From assembly GCA_030141605.1 (NCBI GenBank), contig JAQGDQ010000127.1:1-64000 (forward strand): a DNA stretch of 64,000 nucleotides, given 5' to 3'. Positions 1 through 12,199 of this stretch are shown piece after piece. The first letter of the stretch is position 1. Every line of letters starts with the position of its first letter. The translations under genes and the position numbers were made by a program. The notes beneath the pieces are model-generated. The model worked only from the letters and a program-made list of their open reading frames with translations. It had not been told where the DNA came from and did no database searches. This DNA comes from Tubiluchus corallicola. Lineage: Eukaryota; Animalia; Priapulida.

Positions 1-1
1 C

Positions 2-1072
2 TGTGATGGTCCCCCATCCAGCAGATTACTGCAACTAATTATTTTTCACTTTAAGTATTAATCTTAACGGTATCACGAATTGTTTACCTAATGATTGATA
101 ATATTGATGTATTGATTTTTATGTTCCAATCTTGTGCTGCCATCTTTAGTCAAGAGTAGCATTATTTTCGATGAAGTTACCATTAAATGAAGCCATTTTT
201 CTGTTAAGCTACCTTAAATATGTAATTAGGCAGAAGAAGATGAAATTCGTTTCGTTTCAACATGACTTGTATTTTTCAAGCGAAAATACGTTTAGCAACA
301 ATTTTTTCCATGATAATATTATGCCCGTGTTTGAACAAATGTGAAAGCTTCGTCGCTGTACTACTGAGGTCACTTCACCCAGAACTCGTTTCTGATTGGT
401 CGGCTAGCTTTCGAGGGCTGGATATTAGACATATTGGCCTACGTGGCGGGGAGAGTAGAATGGCCGTGTTGAAAAATGGTCTGATATAACTATATCATGG
501 TTTCTTTTACGATGATTGAACAAGAAAATGGATGGTTTGTTCATTACTATGTTCTTTTTATTCATTGGTGAACGCTGTTCCTCTTTTGTTGGTGAAACCT
601 CGTCAGTTACGCAACTGCTGAGAGACATTTGTTAAATTAGGCATTCGTTACATAGCCTAATCACCTCCTCGTTGGATAAAGATATTGTCACCTTTGACTT
701 CACGTTCGATGATCTAAATCGCTTCCGTTCTGTGTGGGAACTCGGAGGAGATGATCTTCTCATTATCCGATCTCCAGAGACTCTACTACGTGTCCGGCCT
801 GTTGGAGGGAAAGCTGTGTAAACCGAATTCTGCTGCATTACCACAACGTGCGTGAGGAAGGACCGGTCCTACCCAAGTACTGGAGGAGACCTCGCCTTGT
901 ATGCAGGACGTCACGTGAGCGCAAGAAGTATTACAATATTCATATGTTACTATGTTATTTGTCAGCTAAATTAGACTGATTCATTGCAGTAACGATGTGG
1001 ATTTAATTGTTTTACTCAGGTAACGATAATTACTTAATGCCTAATATGGGCACATTATGTTCAAATGTTACA
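2..1072 (+). repeat. 5' LTR
   Basis: TGTGATGG...TGTTACA. Matches 6182-7251 with about 6 substitutions and one 1-bp indel by eye. Confidence 0.95.
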
Positions 1073-1073
1073 T

Positions 1074-1086
1074 TGGTGTCAGAAGT
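1074..1086 (+). promoter_or_regulatory. Primer-binding site complementary to the tRNA-Leu 3' end
   Basis: TGGTGTCAGAAGT one base after the LTR end; the typical Gmr1-type tRNA-Leu PBS. Confidence 0.85.
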
Positions 1087-1703
1087 TTTACCGAGTTTAA
1101 TATTAATAGTATATAATTGATATTGCCTTCCTATTAGCACTTAAATGCAGTGGAACTGCTACGTTGGTTGTGAAAATGTCATAATTTTCAACCTGTTGCA
1201 TAAATATTAGTAATTTGCTTAAACTGATTAAGCGACTAGTAAGCTTTTGGTAACTGTGAAGGATATCACGTTAATTCACTGGAATTTTCCCAAGAATTTA
1301 TTCAGTACAGGCTGTATAATCTAATCCGTTTCTCTAAACTAGATATAGCCATTTCTAGTTCAAATTTTACCTTGCTCATACGTTAGCTTTGCTGCTTGTT
1401 TATAAAATCAAGTTGTGAGAAAAATATTTTGTCCGGGTCGGGCAGATAGCTGGTTCAAGGTCGCCAAAACTTGAACGTGGTTTCGCAGCAGTTATAACAG
1501 CAGCGAAAACGGTTTAATAAGATTATTTTTCCAAACTTGCTTTTAACATTTCGCATAAATTATTTTTGCCCTGCCAAAAAGTCGGTTGATAGTAGCTAAC
1601 GCTGATGCGTAAAGTGAGAGTGAGTGAGAGTGGTTAAACATAGATTTACTCCTTACTTTGTGTACCTACTTGGCAGTCTGTAGTCATCTTGCAAAGTATA
1701 AAA

Positions 1704-4700
1704 ATGTCTGATGTTAGATACAAACTTTCAGAGTTAATGACTCTTAATAAAGAGCAGTTGCAGAATATTGTAGCAGAACTACATCTCTTAGTCGACCCTA
1801 CTTCGAGACGGGCTGTTTTAATTACTGCAATTCTCAAGGCCGCGGGTTGCCCTGAAGAGGGAAAACGTGATGAGGGTGCAGAACTTGACACTTTCGACGC
1901 GGGTATGAATCAGCCTTTACTATGCGCGGAAGCCTCTGACCCGACAGAAGCAGCAAAAACCCCTGATGTCAGTGTGAAACCAAAACATATGATAGTTACA
2001 GAGCAGTCGCCAACGCCGACTCCTCGTCGTAGAAGAACTACAGAGAGAATGACAGACGTCACCTTAGAGTCTCTTTCTACAGTTAACGAAGCTGCTGCTC
2101 AAACATTTCTGCAAATTCGACGGTTAGAAGCAGAAACTGAAGCAAAAAAGTTACAATTAGAGCATGAGCGCATTATGGCCGAGATGGAGTTACGTAAACT
2201 TGAATTGACCGCTGCCAGTCCGGTCAGTCAGTCGCCAATGATGTCACAGGCCAGTCCTTTCTATAGTCGTCAAGCGGACTCTACCGTTGACAAATTAAAG
2301 CTCATGAAAATACGTCCCTTTGATGAAACCAAGGACGATATACAAAAGTTTCTTGATTGGTTTCAAGCTTGTGCTGCTGCAAACAATATTGATAGAGCAG
2401 ACTTCGCGGCGTGTATTGGCCCATCTTTGTCTGGCCGAGCAGCAGACGCTTTTCAGCAGATTCCCGAGTCTGAGATGCGGAACTACACGTACGTTCGCAA
2501 AGCTTTGCTTGGCGCGTATATTCTAAGCAATGACGTTTACCTGGAGAGATTCCGCGGTACAATAAAGCTTAAGAATGAAAGTTATCGCCAGCTTTTCAGA
2601 CGCTTGGATAATAGTTGGCGCGACTATCTTGAAGCCATACAAGCTGAGACTTTTGAGGCTGTTAATGAAGCAGTAGTAATTGAACAAGCGCTTAGTTTGA
2701 TGCCACACGATTTGGCCACTTGGTTAAAGACGGATAGCATCAGGACAATTGAGAAGATGGCCCAACGGGCAGATCAATTTGTCGCAGCGAGACAAATCAC
2801 TTCCCTTCCTGGGAAAAATGTTTATTCATTTAAAAAGACTGGTAAACCCAATGTTGCCACGTCGCAAGGTGGAGGCGCGAGCAATACAAATATGAGCCAG
2901 AATCTTGCAACCAAAATGCATTGTTACGCATGTGGAAAGCCTGGTCATAGGCGCAGCGAATGTCGATCGCGTTTGGGAACTGAACACGTCATGCGACCTG
3001 CTAATGCTGCTGTATTTGGTAAACCTGGCAAACAATTGTTTAGCACACCGGAAATAAAGATGCCAAATAATGATGATGATTGGCATCACGTACCTGGCCG
3101 AAAACAACCCGTTGGTTTTACAGCAAAAATTAACGGTTACGTGGTAAAAGGTCAAAGAGACACTGGAGCTGGTGTAAGCATGTTACATGCTAAATTCGTT
3201 CGCGCTAATCAGTATTTAAATGAACTCCGACACAAGTTCGTATGCGCGTGCGGTGATATGAGGCAAAGTAAATTAGCGGAGGTTGAAATTATTGGGCCTG
3301 GCTTCTCTGGTATTCTGACTGTAAGCGTAAGCGATAATTTACCTGTTGACTTTTTACTTGGAAATAATTACGAGTCAGCGTTAAAGCCATTCCCGGAGAA
3401 TGCTGAAAAAGCTTCAAAATTTAATAAAGAAGTGGGTAAATACAGCGTTAAACCAAAGAAGAATGCTGCAAGTAAATCACAACCGAAACAAAAGCCTCAA
3501 TCAGCGACAGATGTGGAGTCAATTTATGCAATAACTCGCTCGCAGGCTGACAAGCTAGAAGCTCAAGTCAAGCAGGACACGCTGTTACAACAGCAAGTAT
3601 TTGATTCGTCAGCATCAAACGATGGCCTAGCGGTTAAGGACTCGCCTGCTGAAGATCAGAAACAGCTTCTTGACGTCACAATTGAACAGATCAGCGAAGA
3701 GCAAAAAGAGGATGTCACTCTACGTAATATTATTGATAACGCGTGCACAGAAGAAGAGGCATATAAATTAGGCAAAGGGTACTTTTTGCGCGGAGGTGCG
3801 TTATTCTATTTATCTAAAGGAAAACAGCACCAAGCACCTAGGGAGCTGCTTGTACTACCCAAATTTCGCCGCAAGGAAGTTTTACAACTTGCGCACGGAA
3901 GTAAATTAGCCGGACACTTGGGCATAAACAAGACAACTCAGAGAATTCTTCAAGAATATATATGGCCTCGTCTTAAACGTTCCGTAAGGGAATATTGTCG
4001 TTCCTGTCTGACGTGCCAGAAAACAGCGCGTTCACGCCGAGCAGACAGAGCCCCTTTGAAACCGTTACCTATTGTAGACACGGCATTTCGTACCATAGGG
4101 ATGGACTTAATTGGGCCGCTTGATCGTACACCTTCTGGTAATCGTTGGGCTTTAGTAATAGTGGACCATGCAACACGTTATCCGGACGCATATCCGCTAG
4201 TAGATATACAGACTGTCACCGTGTTAAATGCACTGCTGAAATTCTGTTGTAGATACGGCATCCCTCGCCAAATATTAACGGACTGTGGCACCCAGTTCAC
4301 TTCAAACTTGACCAAAGAGCTGGAGGATCAGCTCGGTGTCAAAGGTATTTTCACTAGTCCATACTCACCTTCAACGAATGGACTCGTCGAGAAATATAAT
4401 GACACGCTAAAGAAGTCTATTTTACGCCTAACACAAGATTTCTCGTCTCTTCCCTGGGATCTCGCAATTGATTATGTGCTTTTCTCATACCGTGAAGTTC
4501 CACAGGATTCCACAGGGTACAGCCCAAATGAACTTGTCTTTGGCTACCCAGTACGTGGTCCGCTGACCATGCTTAAAGAGCGATGGGGTTGTTCCAAACC
4601 GCCAAGTCTTGAAGATGTCGATGAGTATGTTGCACGAGTTATTAATGCATTAGAGACATCGACAGAAGACGCTCATAAATCGCTTCAGGAAGCCAAATTA

Positions 4701-4973
4701 TCCCAGAAACGCTGGTACGACCGGGTGTCAAAAGAAAGAAGTTTCGAGGTTGGCGATAAAGTGATGGTTCAGAGGATGAGGAAAGGCAAAAAGATGCAAC
4801 CAGGATGGAGAGGCCCATATCAAATAACAGACAAAGTATCCGATTGGACTTATAAAGTTTGTTTTGGCAAGAAGGGTAGACGGAAGGACACTAGAATTGT
4901 TCATATCAATAAGCTTAAGCAATATGTGGACAGAAAGGAGTCCCTGATCCTTAGCAATGAGCTTGGACAATGA
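1704..4973 (+). CDS. Retrotransposon Gag-protease-integrase polyprotein (~1089 aa from the ATG at 1704)
   Basis: SCAN-like capsid region (VVIEQALSLMP...LATWL), CCHC knuckle CYACGKPGHRRSEC, aspartic protease RDTGA, integrase HHCC (H..LAGHLG...CRSCLTC), DDE core (GMDLIGP / LTDCGTQF / GLVEKYN) and GPY motif (WRGPYQI). Confidence 0.95.
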   Translation: MSDVRYKLSELMTLNKEQLQNIVAELHLLVDPTSRRAVLITAILKAAGCPEEGKRDEGAELDTFDAGMNQPLLCAEASDPTEAAKTPDVSVKPKHMIVTEQSPTPTPRRRRTTERMTDVTLESLSTVNEAAAQTFLQIRRLEAETEAKKLQLEHERIMAEMELRKLELTAASPVSQSPMMSQASPFYSRQADSTVDKLKLMKIRPFDETKDDIQKFLDWFQACAAANNIDRADFAACIGPSLSGRAADAFQQIPESEMRNYTYVRKALLGAYILSNDVYLERFRGTIKLKNESYRQLFRRLDNSWRDYLEAIQAETFEAVNEAVVIEQALSLMPHDLATWLKTDSIRTIEKMAQRADQFVAARQITSLPGKNVYSFKKTGKPNVATSQGGGASNTNMSQNLATKMHCYACGKPGHRRSECRSRLGTEHVMRPANAAVFGKPGKQLFSTPEIKMPNNDDDWHHVPGRKQPVGFTAKINGYVVKGQRDTGAGVSMLHAKFVRANQYLNELRHKFVCACGDMRQSKLAEVEIIGPGFSGILTVSVSDNLPVDFLLGNNYESALKPFPENAEKASKFNKEVGKYSVKPKKNAASKSQPKQKPQSATDVESIYAITRSQADKLEAQVKQDTLLQQQVFDSSASNDGLAVKDSPAEDQKQLLDVTIEQISEEQKEDVTLRNIIDNACTEEEAYKLGKGYFLRGGALFYLSKGKQHQAPRELLVLPKFRRKEVLQLAHGSKLAGHLGINKTTQRILQEYIWPRLKRSVREYCRSCLTCQKTARSRRADRAPLKPLPIVDTAFRTIGMDLIGPLDRTPSGNRWALVIVDHATRYPDAYPLVDIQTVTVLNALLKFCCRYGIPRQILTDCGTQFTSNLTKELEDQLGVKGIFTSPYSPSTNGLVEKYNDTLKKSILRLTQDFSSLPWDLAIDYVLFSYREVPQDSTGYSPNELVFGYPVRGPLTMLKERWGCSKPPSLEDVDEYVARVINALETSTEDAHKSLQEAKLSQKRWYDRVSKERSFEVGDKVMVQRMRKGKKMQPGWRGPYQITDKVSDWTYKVCFGKKGRRKDTRIVHINKLKQYVDRKESLILSNELGQ

Positions 4974-5862
4974 TGGAACAAACTTGAGTGAAGTTCTAGC
5001 ATATGGCGTTGATGAAGATGTTGAGGAAGATGACATGTATGATTTGGCAATAATAAACCTCGGCAAAGGAATAGTAGAACCTGGAGGTCTCCCAGATTAT
5101 GCTTTTTTGCCAACGGCCATTGCCACACAGTCAGTAAATGATGTCACTTTACCAGACGATCTATCAGAGCAACAACGCACAGAACTTCGTTTTTAACAAG
5201 TATCCGGAAATGTTTACGGATTTTCCGCCTACGTCCTCAGCAGAAGAAGCTACAACAAATATGTGATTTTCCACGGCCACAAACAAAAACTCAAGTACGT
5301 AGATTCCTAGGAATGGTGGGCTTCTACAGACGTTTTATCGAGAACTTCAGCACTATCGCTGCACCTCTGTATTCTTTAACAGAAAAATATTCCCCCACTC
5401 AAGTACCTTGGACAGAAGCTTGTGAGAAGAGCTTTCTTACCCTTCAGAATGCTTTAACTTCTGACAGTGTTCTACATTCCTCTGATTATTCGAAACCATT
5501 TATCCTAACTACAGATGCCAGCTTTGTGGGCATTGGTGGTGTACTCACACAAGATCGTATGAATGGCTTGGGAGAAGTGCCTATCACATATGTCAGTCGT
5601 AGGCTTACACCCACCGAAGTCAGATATTCTGTAGTTGAATGTGAACTTCTGAGTGTTGTATTTTGCATGCAGAAGTTAAATTACTATTTAGAAGGCCGCC
5701 AGTTTACATTGCGCACTGATCAAAGAAGTTTGCTTGCGCTCAGAAAAATGCTTAAGAATAACAATGTGTCACTGGGCACTCATTCTTTCAGAATATTGCT
5801 TTACAATTGAGCATATTGCTGGCGCTCAAAACCTTGTTGCTGATGCCTTAAGCCGGAAATAA
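4957..5862 (+). pseudogene. Disrupted RT/RNase H portion of pol
   Basis: The linker (LSEQQRTEL..KYPEMFTDFP) joins at ~5228 directly to the RT C-terminus (LRPQQKKL..FPRPQTKTQVRRFLGMVGFYRRFI), so there is no YxDD. RNase H follows (FILTTDAS..GIGGVLTQ, RYSVVECELL, TDQRSL), with a frameshift near 5770 into WALILSEY..HIAGAQNLVADALSRK*. Confidence 0.9.
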
Positions 5863-6169
5863 ATATAAAGCGTCAGAGTATGAAATGCTCAACAAGTTGT
5901 AGTACTTTTTCAGTGCTTAAACAAGTTTTTTTTTGGTGTTATATATCATATATTTGTTTGATGATACATTTGTGGTGTATGATGTAATGATCAATTTGCT
6001 TCTTTTTATCTTTGTTTTGTCTGAGTTGAAAAATATGTAATAACTCAGTGAGCTACAAAGTCGTTACTTCTATTCATGTTTGTCATTGCATATGTATGAC
6101 GTTATCGTATCTTGGCAGTGAAAAATGTTACGTTTCGTAATCATGATCTTGAAATATTTAATATTCTTT

Positions 6170-6178
6170 AGGGGAAGG
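6170..6178 (+). promoter_or_regulatory. Polypurine tract
   Basis: AGGGGAAGG three bases before the 3' LTR. Confidence 0.8.
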
Positions 6179-6181
6179 CTC

Positions 6182-7251
6182 TGTGATGGTCCCCCATCCA
6201 GCAGATTACTGCAACTAATTATTTTTCACTTTAAATATTTTTCTTAACGGTATCACGAATTGTTTACCTAATGATTGATAATATTGATGTATTGATTTTT
6301 ATGTTCCAATCTTGTGCTGCCATCTTTAGTCAAGAGTAGCATTATTTTCGATGAAGTTATCATTAAATGAAGCCTTTTTCTGTTAAGCTACCTTAAATAT
6401 GTAATTAGGCAGAAGAAGATGAAATTCGTTTCGTTTCAACATGACTTGTATTTTTCAAGCGAAAATACGTTTAGCAACAATTTTTTCCATGATAATATTA
6501 TGCCCGTGTTTGAACAAATGTGAAAGCTTCGTCGCTGTACTACTGAGGTCACTTCACCCAGAACTCGTTTCTGATTGGTCGGCTAGCTTTCGAGGGCTGG
6601 ATATTAGACATATTGGCCTACGTGGCGGGGAGAGTAGAATGGCCGTGTTGAAAAATGGTCTGATATAACTATATCATGGTTTCTTTTACGATGATTGAAC
6701 AAGAAAATGGATGGTTTGTTCATTACTATGTTCTTTTTATTCATTGGTGAACGCTGTTCCTCTTTTGTTGGTGAAACCTCGTCAGTTACGCAACTGCTGA
6801 GAGACATTTGTTAAATTAGGCATTCGTTACATAGCCTAATCACCTCCTCGTTGGATAAAGATATTGTCACCTTTGACTTCACGTTCGATGATCTAAATCG
6901 CTTCCGTTCTGTGTGGGAACTCGGAGGAGATGATCTTCTCATTATCCGATCTCCAGAGACTCTACTACGTGTCCGGCCTGTTGGAGGGAAAGCTGTGTAA
7001 ACCGAATTCTGCTGCATTACCACAACGTGCGTGAGGAAGGACCGGTCCTACCCAAGTACTGGAGGAGACCTCGCCTTGTATGCAGGACGTCACGTGAGCG
7101 CAAGAAGTATTACAATATTCATATGTTACTATGTTATTTGTCAGCTAAATTAGACTGATTCATTGCAGTAATGATGTGGATTTAATTGTTTTACTCAGGT
7201 AACGATAATTACTTAATGCCTAATATAGGCACATTATGTTCAAATGTTACA
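6182..7251 (+). repeat. 3' LTR
   Basis: Near-identical copy of 2-1072, ending TGTTACA. Confidence 0.95.
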
Positions 7252-7322
7252 ATCTGAAATACCCATATTTGAACGTCCTTGGAAATTTGTAATGGAAATG
7301 CATTCGATTGTTTGTTTATTGG

Positions 7323-7410
7323 TCAAGAATTTAAGTTCAGTGCAGTTAAGTAACGAAGCATCATACTCAAGAATTTAAGTTCAGTGCAGCAAAGTAACGA
7401 AGCATCATAC
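7323..7410. repeat. 44-bp tandem duplication
   Basis: TCAAGAATTTAAGTTCAGTGCAG..AAGTAACGAAGCATCATAC occurs twice (7323-7366, 7367-7410) with 2 mismatches. Confidence 0.9.
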
Positions 7411-7639
7411 ATGTGTCCACATATGTCAGCACACCCATTTATCTTCTGTGGAGGTGACATTGATGGCTCAGGATAACAAGAACTCCATAGACCATGAGTT
7501 TCATTTTTGGATTTAGATCTTTGCTCTTATGGAACCTCTTTCACAAGTTTCTGATGATGCTCCAATTCAATGCTCTACACCTTATTCAGAAGTACATTTT
7601 CTGGACAGCTGGTTTCTTTGGTATGGAAAGTGGGCCATC

Positions 7640-8020
7640 TTGACTAAGCAGCCTGTCAGAGATAGTAATGTTGCATCCAATGCCAATAAAACAATTAACT
7701 CACCCAGTTGAACTTCTTATTAAATTTAGTATACTGACTAAGTCAATTCCTGCATTCTGTGTAATGCCTAGGAAATGTATAAGTATCTAGGAAAAGTTAA
7801 AATTAAACAGGAGTTCTGTTCATTTCACACTTTGCCAAAATCACTTTATGCCTTCTATACTGATCCTAGATATTATACAAACCGTTAGGTAAAGTTTGAA
7901 AGCGATGTAGCAAAAGGATTTATTTACTACATTTGTTGAAATGCATAGGTGTTATAGGAAATGCCTAGAAATTTTTATAAAATGTCTAAAGTTTGCACAT
8001 TGCCTGTAACATATTCATTT
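7640..8020 (-). repeat. Dispersed repeat, copy 1 (old non-autonomous TE)
   Basis: The reverse complement aligns with 20855-21240, e.g. ATATGTTACAGGCAATGTGCAAA.TTTAGACATTTTATAAAA and GACTTAGTCAG. Boundaries approximate. Confidence 0.7.
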
Positions 8021-9424
8021 GTAACAAATACACACAAACCATCATTATAGTGCAACTCTGTTTGAAAGTCAGAAAGCAAATTACAACTATTCCAACTTAG
8101 CTAATGTACAAACAAGGATGTGTAACAAGCACTTTAAATTTTCATTATGGTTTCTAATATTAGTGGTAGCGCTTCACCTCACGTACTTCAATACTCCTTG
8201 CCAGGACTTAATTAGAATACATTAATAGGATGTTTAAGTAATGCAGAATAAAAAGGATACAGTGTATACAATACATACATAATTATATCCATGCATACAT
8301 CGCAGGCTATTGCTGGCTAATCTCTTTGCCAAAATATGACGAACATACAAAGTAACCCAGAACATATTTTGTTTGAATACCAGTGTGGAAGTGACGTACA
8401 TACTGTACAGTCTAGGATGTTTTAAGGTTTTTATAACAGACAATATGCATTTCATAAACACCCCTCTATATAATACTTTTTATTTAATTTTTATTAGAAA
8501 AATCAAACATTTCTGCTGCTAACTAGTAATATTTCTATTCGTATTTTGTCAAAACCTTTTTGTTTTGTTCCGAATTTTAAATAATTCTTTATGCACTTCT
8601 TGAAGATGACTGCTAGTGTGTAGACTGTCTAAAAACTGTCAAAGACAGGTGCAAAAATAAAAAAATCCTATGATGCTCCTGAGCCAAATTGAATTATATT
8701 CACAAAACTTAAAAGTTAGCTTAGTGCTTAGAGTACTAGATCGTCTTCTTAGAACGAACAATCGCATGCACATCATTACTGAATCAGATTTTACCGTAGT
8801 CCATACGAGTAACTAACTTAGCCTATGTAACATGTACAAGTTGCAATTTCATCTATGTTGTAGTTGAGTTATTCCCTGTTTTCCATGTAGGCAGGTGCTA
8901 TTGCAGCCAATCCTAAGCCAACGTGAAAAACCGTAGCAACAAGAGAAAAAATATGTTTGTTACCAGTCAATACAACTGCAAATGTTCTCTGGGGAGAGGA
9001 AAAATTTGGCCAAACAAATGACAGCAGAGGAATAATTATGAAAAAAAATGACTAAGGGTACATGCACATTTGCTTTTCCTCTTAAATAGAAATTAGAAAC
9101 AGGATGACAATTAGCCATTAAAAATGTAGTTATTCTGCAATTAATAGTAGTAGCATGCAAGACCTTATCATCAAGGTCTATATATAATGCTTTTGCTACA
9201 GCTGTAAACGACAGATGTTAACTAGTGGTTGTTTTTTGCCGGAATATACTTACAAAAATATCTGGAAAAAAGGTTTGAAGACAATCATACCTAGATTAAT
9301 TAGGAAAACATTTAAAGCCATTTTGTACAATGCGTGAAATAATAATATTCCTGTTATTTTTGTCGACTTTTTCAATTGGCGGTTGATTTATGTTTTTTAG
9401 TTGCCCCTTCAGTTTCAATGTGCA

Positions 9425-9535
9425 TTATCACCATTAGCATCAATTCATTATCATTGTCATCGCCATCACAATTGTCATCAGAATTAATATCACTATCGTT
9501 GTCAGCATCATCATCAACATCGTCATTATCGTTTT
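9425..9535. repeat. Degenerate (TCA/TCG/TTA)n trinucleotide repeat
   Basis: Run of cattatcaccattagcatc...catcatcatcaacatcgtcattatcg. Confidence 0.75.
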
Positions 9536-11146
9536 CTTGTATCTGTTTGCTTCGCTCCATTTAACGTATTTTCTTTGTTGTTGTTTATGTCATTAATTTA
9601 GTCTTATCTATGTTGAGCACAGCTCATAAGTTAATTTCTTCTGCTGCACTCATAGCACTGTAACGCATTGTTAATTTGTAATTTTATAACTTTTATTTTT
9701 GTATTGTGCTAAATGGAATAAATAATGAATGAATAAATGAATGAGTAAATAGATCTAAAATCTAAAAATGACTGTGTCTAGCTTAGGCTGATTCTAATAC
9801 AACTCATTCTACATGATTATAGTTAGCAAATAGTAACTGTTCAATTCAAAATTTTATGTTTTTAAATTAGCATCATTTTATTTTATTAGTCTGACAATAA
9901 AAATATTTCTGTTTCCGTCTAATCGCCCTGGTAATAACTTTCTTATCGCACACCCAGTCGAGAATTTTATAATTTTTTTGTATGTTCATATACTTATCTG
10001 ACGCAGTCATATAAAAGCGTATTTTTAAATTTAAATGTAAAATGCAATAATTATTGTAACGTCACTGTTTTGGCAAGGATGCAGTCACAATAATTATTAC
10101 AACATCACTGTTTTTGGAAAGAATGCAGTCATGTTTTTCTAAGGCTAACTCTTGGCTAGGGTTGCCATTTTCTATGATGCTGATTATCGTATTGGAGGCT
10201 AAAAAGTATCGTATTTTCCGCCAAATCAGCATAGTGTTGCAGCCTAATTATAATTATCAGATCATATGTTCATACCATACCAAAAGCAGGCTATATGATA
10301 ATCGATAATATACGATAATTTAGTAATGCGAAAGAAAAAACTAAAAAACAAAGCATGAAAAATGTGCATTGAAGAAATTTAAAACATTACTGCTAACCAG
10401 TGGGAAATAAACAAGTTTCAACTAAATTTAATGTTTAACTATTGAACTTTAAACATTCACAAAGCCTTAAAAAAAATTTCCTCCCTACTGACATCTTCTG
10501 AGCTCATGAAGTAAGACAGAAAAACAATTTTTGTGGCCGGCACTATCAGTTTTTTTAAACACTACATGACCACTTCGTTGTCATTTTATTGTTCGGTTGT
10601 CGCCGTGCTACATCGCCGATTACCGTCTCACCTTGTACTGGGGCGGTGTGCACTGCTGCAGTCAATGTATTTCTGTGAAGTGTAACTCCTAGTTCGATGT
10701 CGCATTGTCGTAGTTACAACACACCATGATGACGGCCAGGCTGTATGTTGTGCCGCGGAACACTGTGATCACCAAATAATCGAACGCGCTTTAAGTGGCT
10801 ATGCAGTGTCATTTAATTCAGCAATAACTAGTATACCAATAACTAATATAATATTAATAAATACCCGGACACACGCAAACGCATGCTGTCCGCATAGCGT
10901 TATGACTATCGTGGTTAATAAGCAACCGTTAGCTTGATCGCCGACTTTGCAAATTACCTGCAAACGTAACCATAAAATTCGGTTTATATTTAAATTTTGG
11001 CAAATTAGTTGCCAAATTTCCAAAATTAAATTCACACGTTGAATTTGACACAACCACCCTTTCTGCTCTTGCTCAAATTTCGGTAAACTTCGGACGCACT
11101 GTTAAATACGTGAGATTCGGCAGCGACAACGCTTCGCACAGAGAAC

Positions 11147-11531
11147 TAAGGGTGCGCATTCTCTAATAGAAGGCAAATTCGAATCGAATCGAACCGAATT
11201 CGCGACATTCAAATTCGAATCAAATCGAATTTCAGTATTTCGATTTCGAATTGAATTCTAATTGAGATAGAAAAAAGGTTTTCGAACACGTTTTCGAAGT
11301 AGTAGTAAAAAATGGTCGTACAAAGATCGTGCATATTATTTGATTTTGTTTTGCAGTAAATTCACAATGAGTTTGTTGAAAATTTTGCACAAAAATTGCA
11401 GCTAAATTGTGCTAATTGCATGCTATTTCAAACACCTTAATGACAAAGAACTTATGTGGCTGAACTGCTGAATTTTTCGAATCTATAATTTTAGATACGA
11501 ATCGAATTCGAACGATCAATGAGCACCCCTA
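11147..11531. mobile_element. hAT-like MITE
   Basis: Imperfect TIRs TAAGGGTGCGCATT / AATGAGCACCCCTA, subterminal (CGAAT)n repeats at both ends, and a 7/8-matching 8-bp TSD CAGAGAAC / CCGAGAAC. Confidence 0.8.
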
Positions 11532-11704
11532 CCGAGAACTACCCCTACAGGACTGGCAGTTTTACATTAATGAATTCTGCCACAAATATCTAAAATACAG
11601 TGGACTAGCCTGCACAACAGTCATTGAATAATTAAAAAGGCTTTATTTAAAAGCAACTATAAGTTTCGACAAATTATTTTTTACTTGCACTGGAAAAAAT
11701 TGTT

Positions 11705-11775
11705 GATCTATGGAAAAGTTTATTTACACTCCTTCTACCCCAGAGCAATGTGCTTGTGGAACAAACTTAATTCCA
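11705..11775 (+). mobile_element. 3' fragment of a CR1/Jockey-like LINE ORF2
   Basis: Translates as YLHSFYPRAMCLWNKL, resembling the SFFPR...LWN.L C-terminal motif of these LINEs. Confidence 0.5.
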
Positions 11776-12199
11776 CCAGATATTGGAGCACTAACACCCT
11801 CAGCTGTTTCTACCACGAGGGTGCCACCCCACGTAACCTGTCTATAAATCTAACCATGTTTTTAGCCTGCACCCACACCATGTTTGAGTTCCCTATTTCA
11901 CATCTAATCGTAACTTATAATACCATCACGAACTAGCGAGTTGTTTTTCTCAGCATTTATACCTACCATGCCCATCCCAAACTGCTAGCGTGTCGACTTT
12001 TTAGAGGTATATTGTTCAAGACTTCAAAAACGTATTGCTTTTAAATATTTTTTGCCTGACATGCCAGACTTTATCGAAATTACTAAAGTGCAATTATGGT
12101 AACATTGAATAGCTTAACACTCCTAAACTTATATTTTAAGTCACGCTGAAGATGATTAAATCCCTAGCCGTTGAGAGGTTCAGGAAAATATGGGAACTT

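Larger units (their letters stand above)
2..7251 (+). mobile_element. Gmr1-like Ty3/Gypsy LTR retrotransposon (PR-IN-RT-RH order), non-autonomous: RT core deleted
   Basis: Two ~1070-bp direct repeats with TG...CA ends, PBS after the 5' LTR, PPT before the 3' LTR. The gag/PR/IN ORF precedes RT/RNase H remnants; integrase-before-RT order with Gypsy-type domains is the Gmr1 hallmark. Confidence 0.95.

Noticed and set aside
262-844. Short ORFs repeated identically at 6441-7023
   Set aside because: They lie within the LTRs; the identity reflects LTR duplication, and they have no protein motifs.
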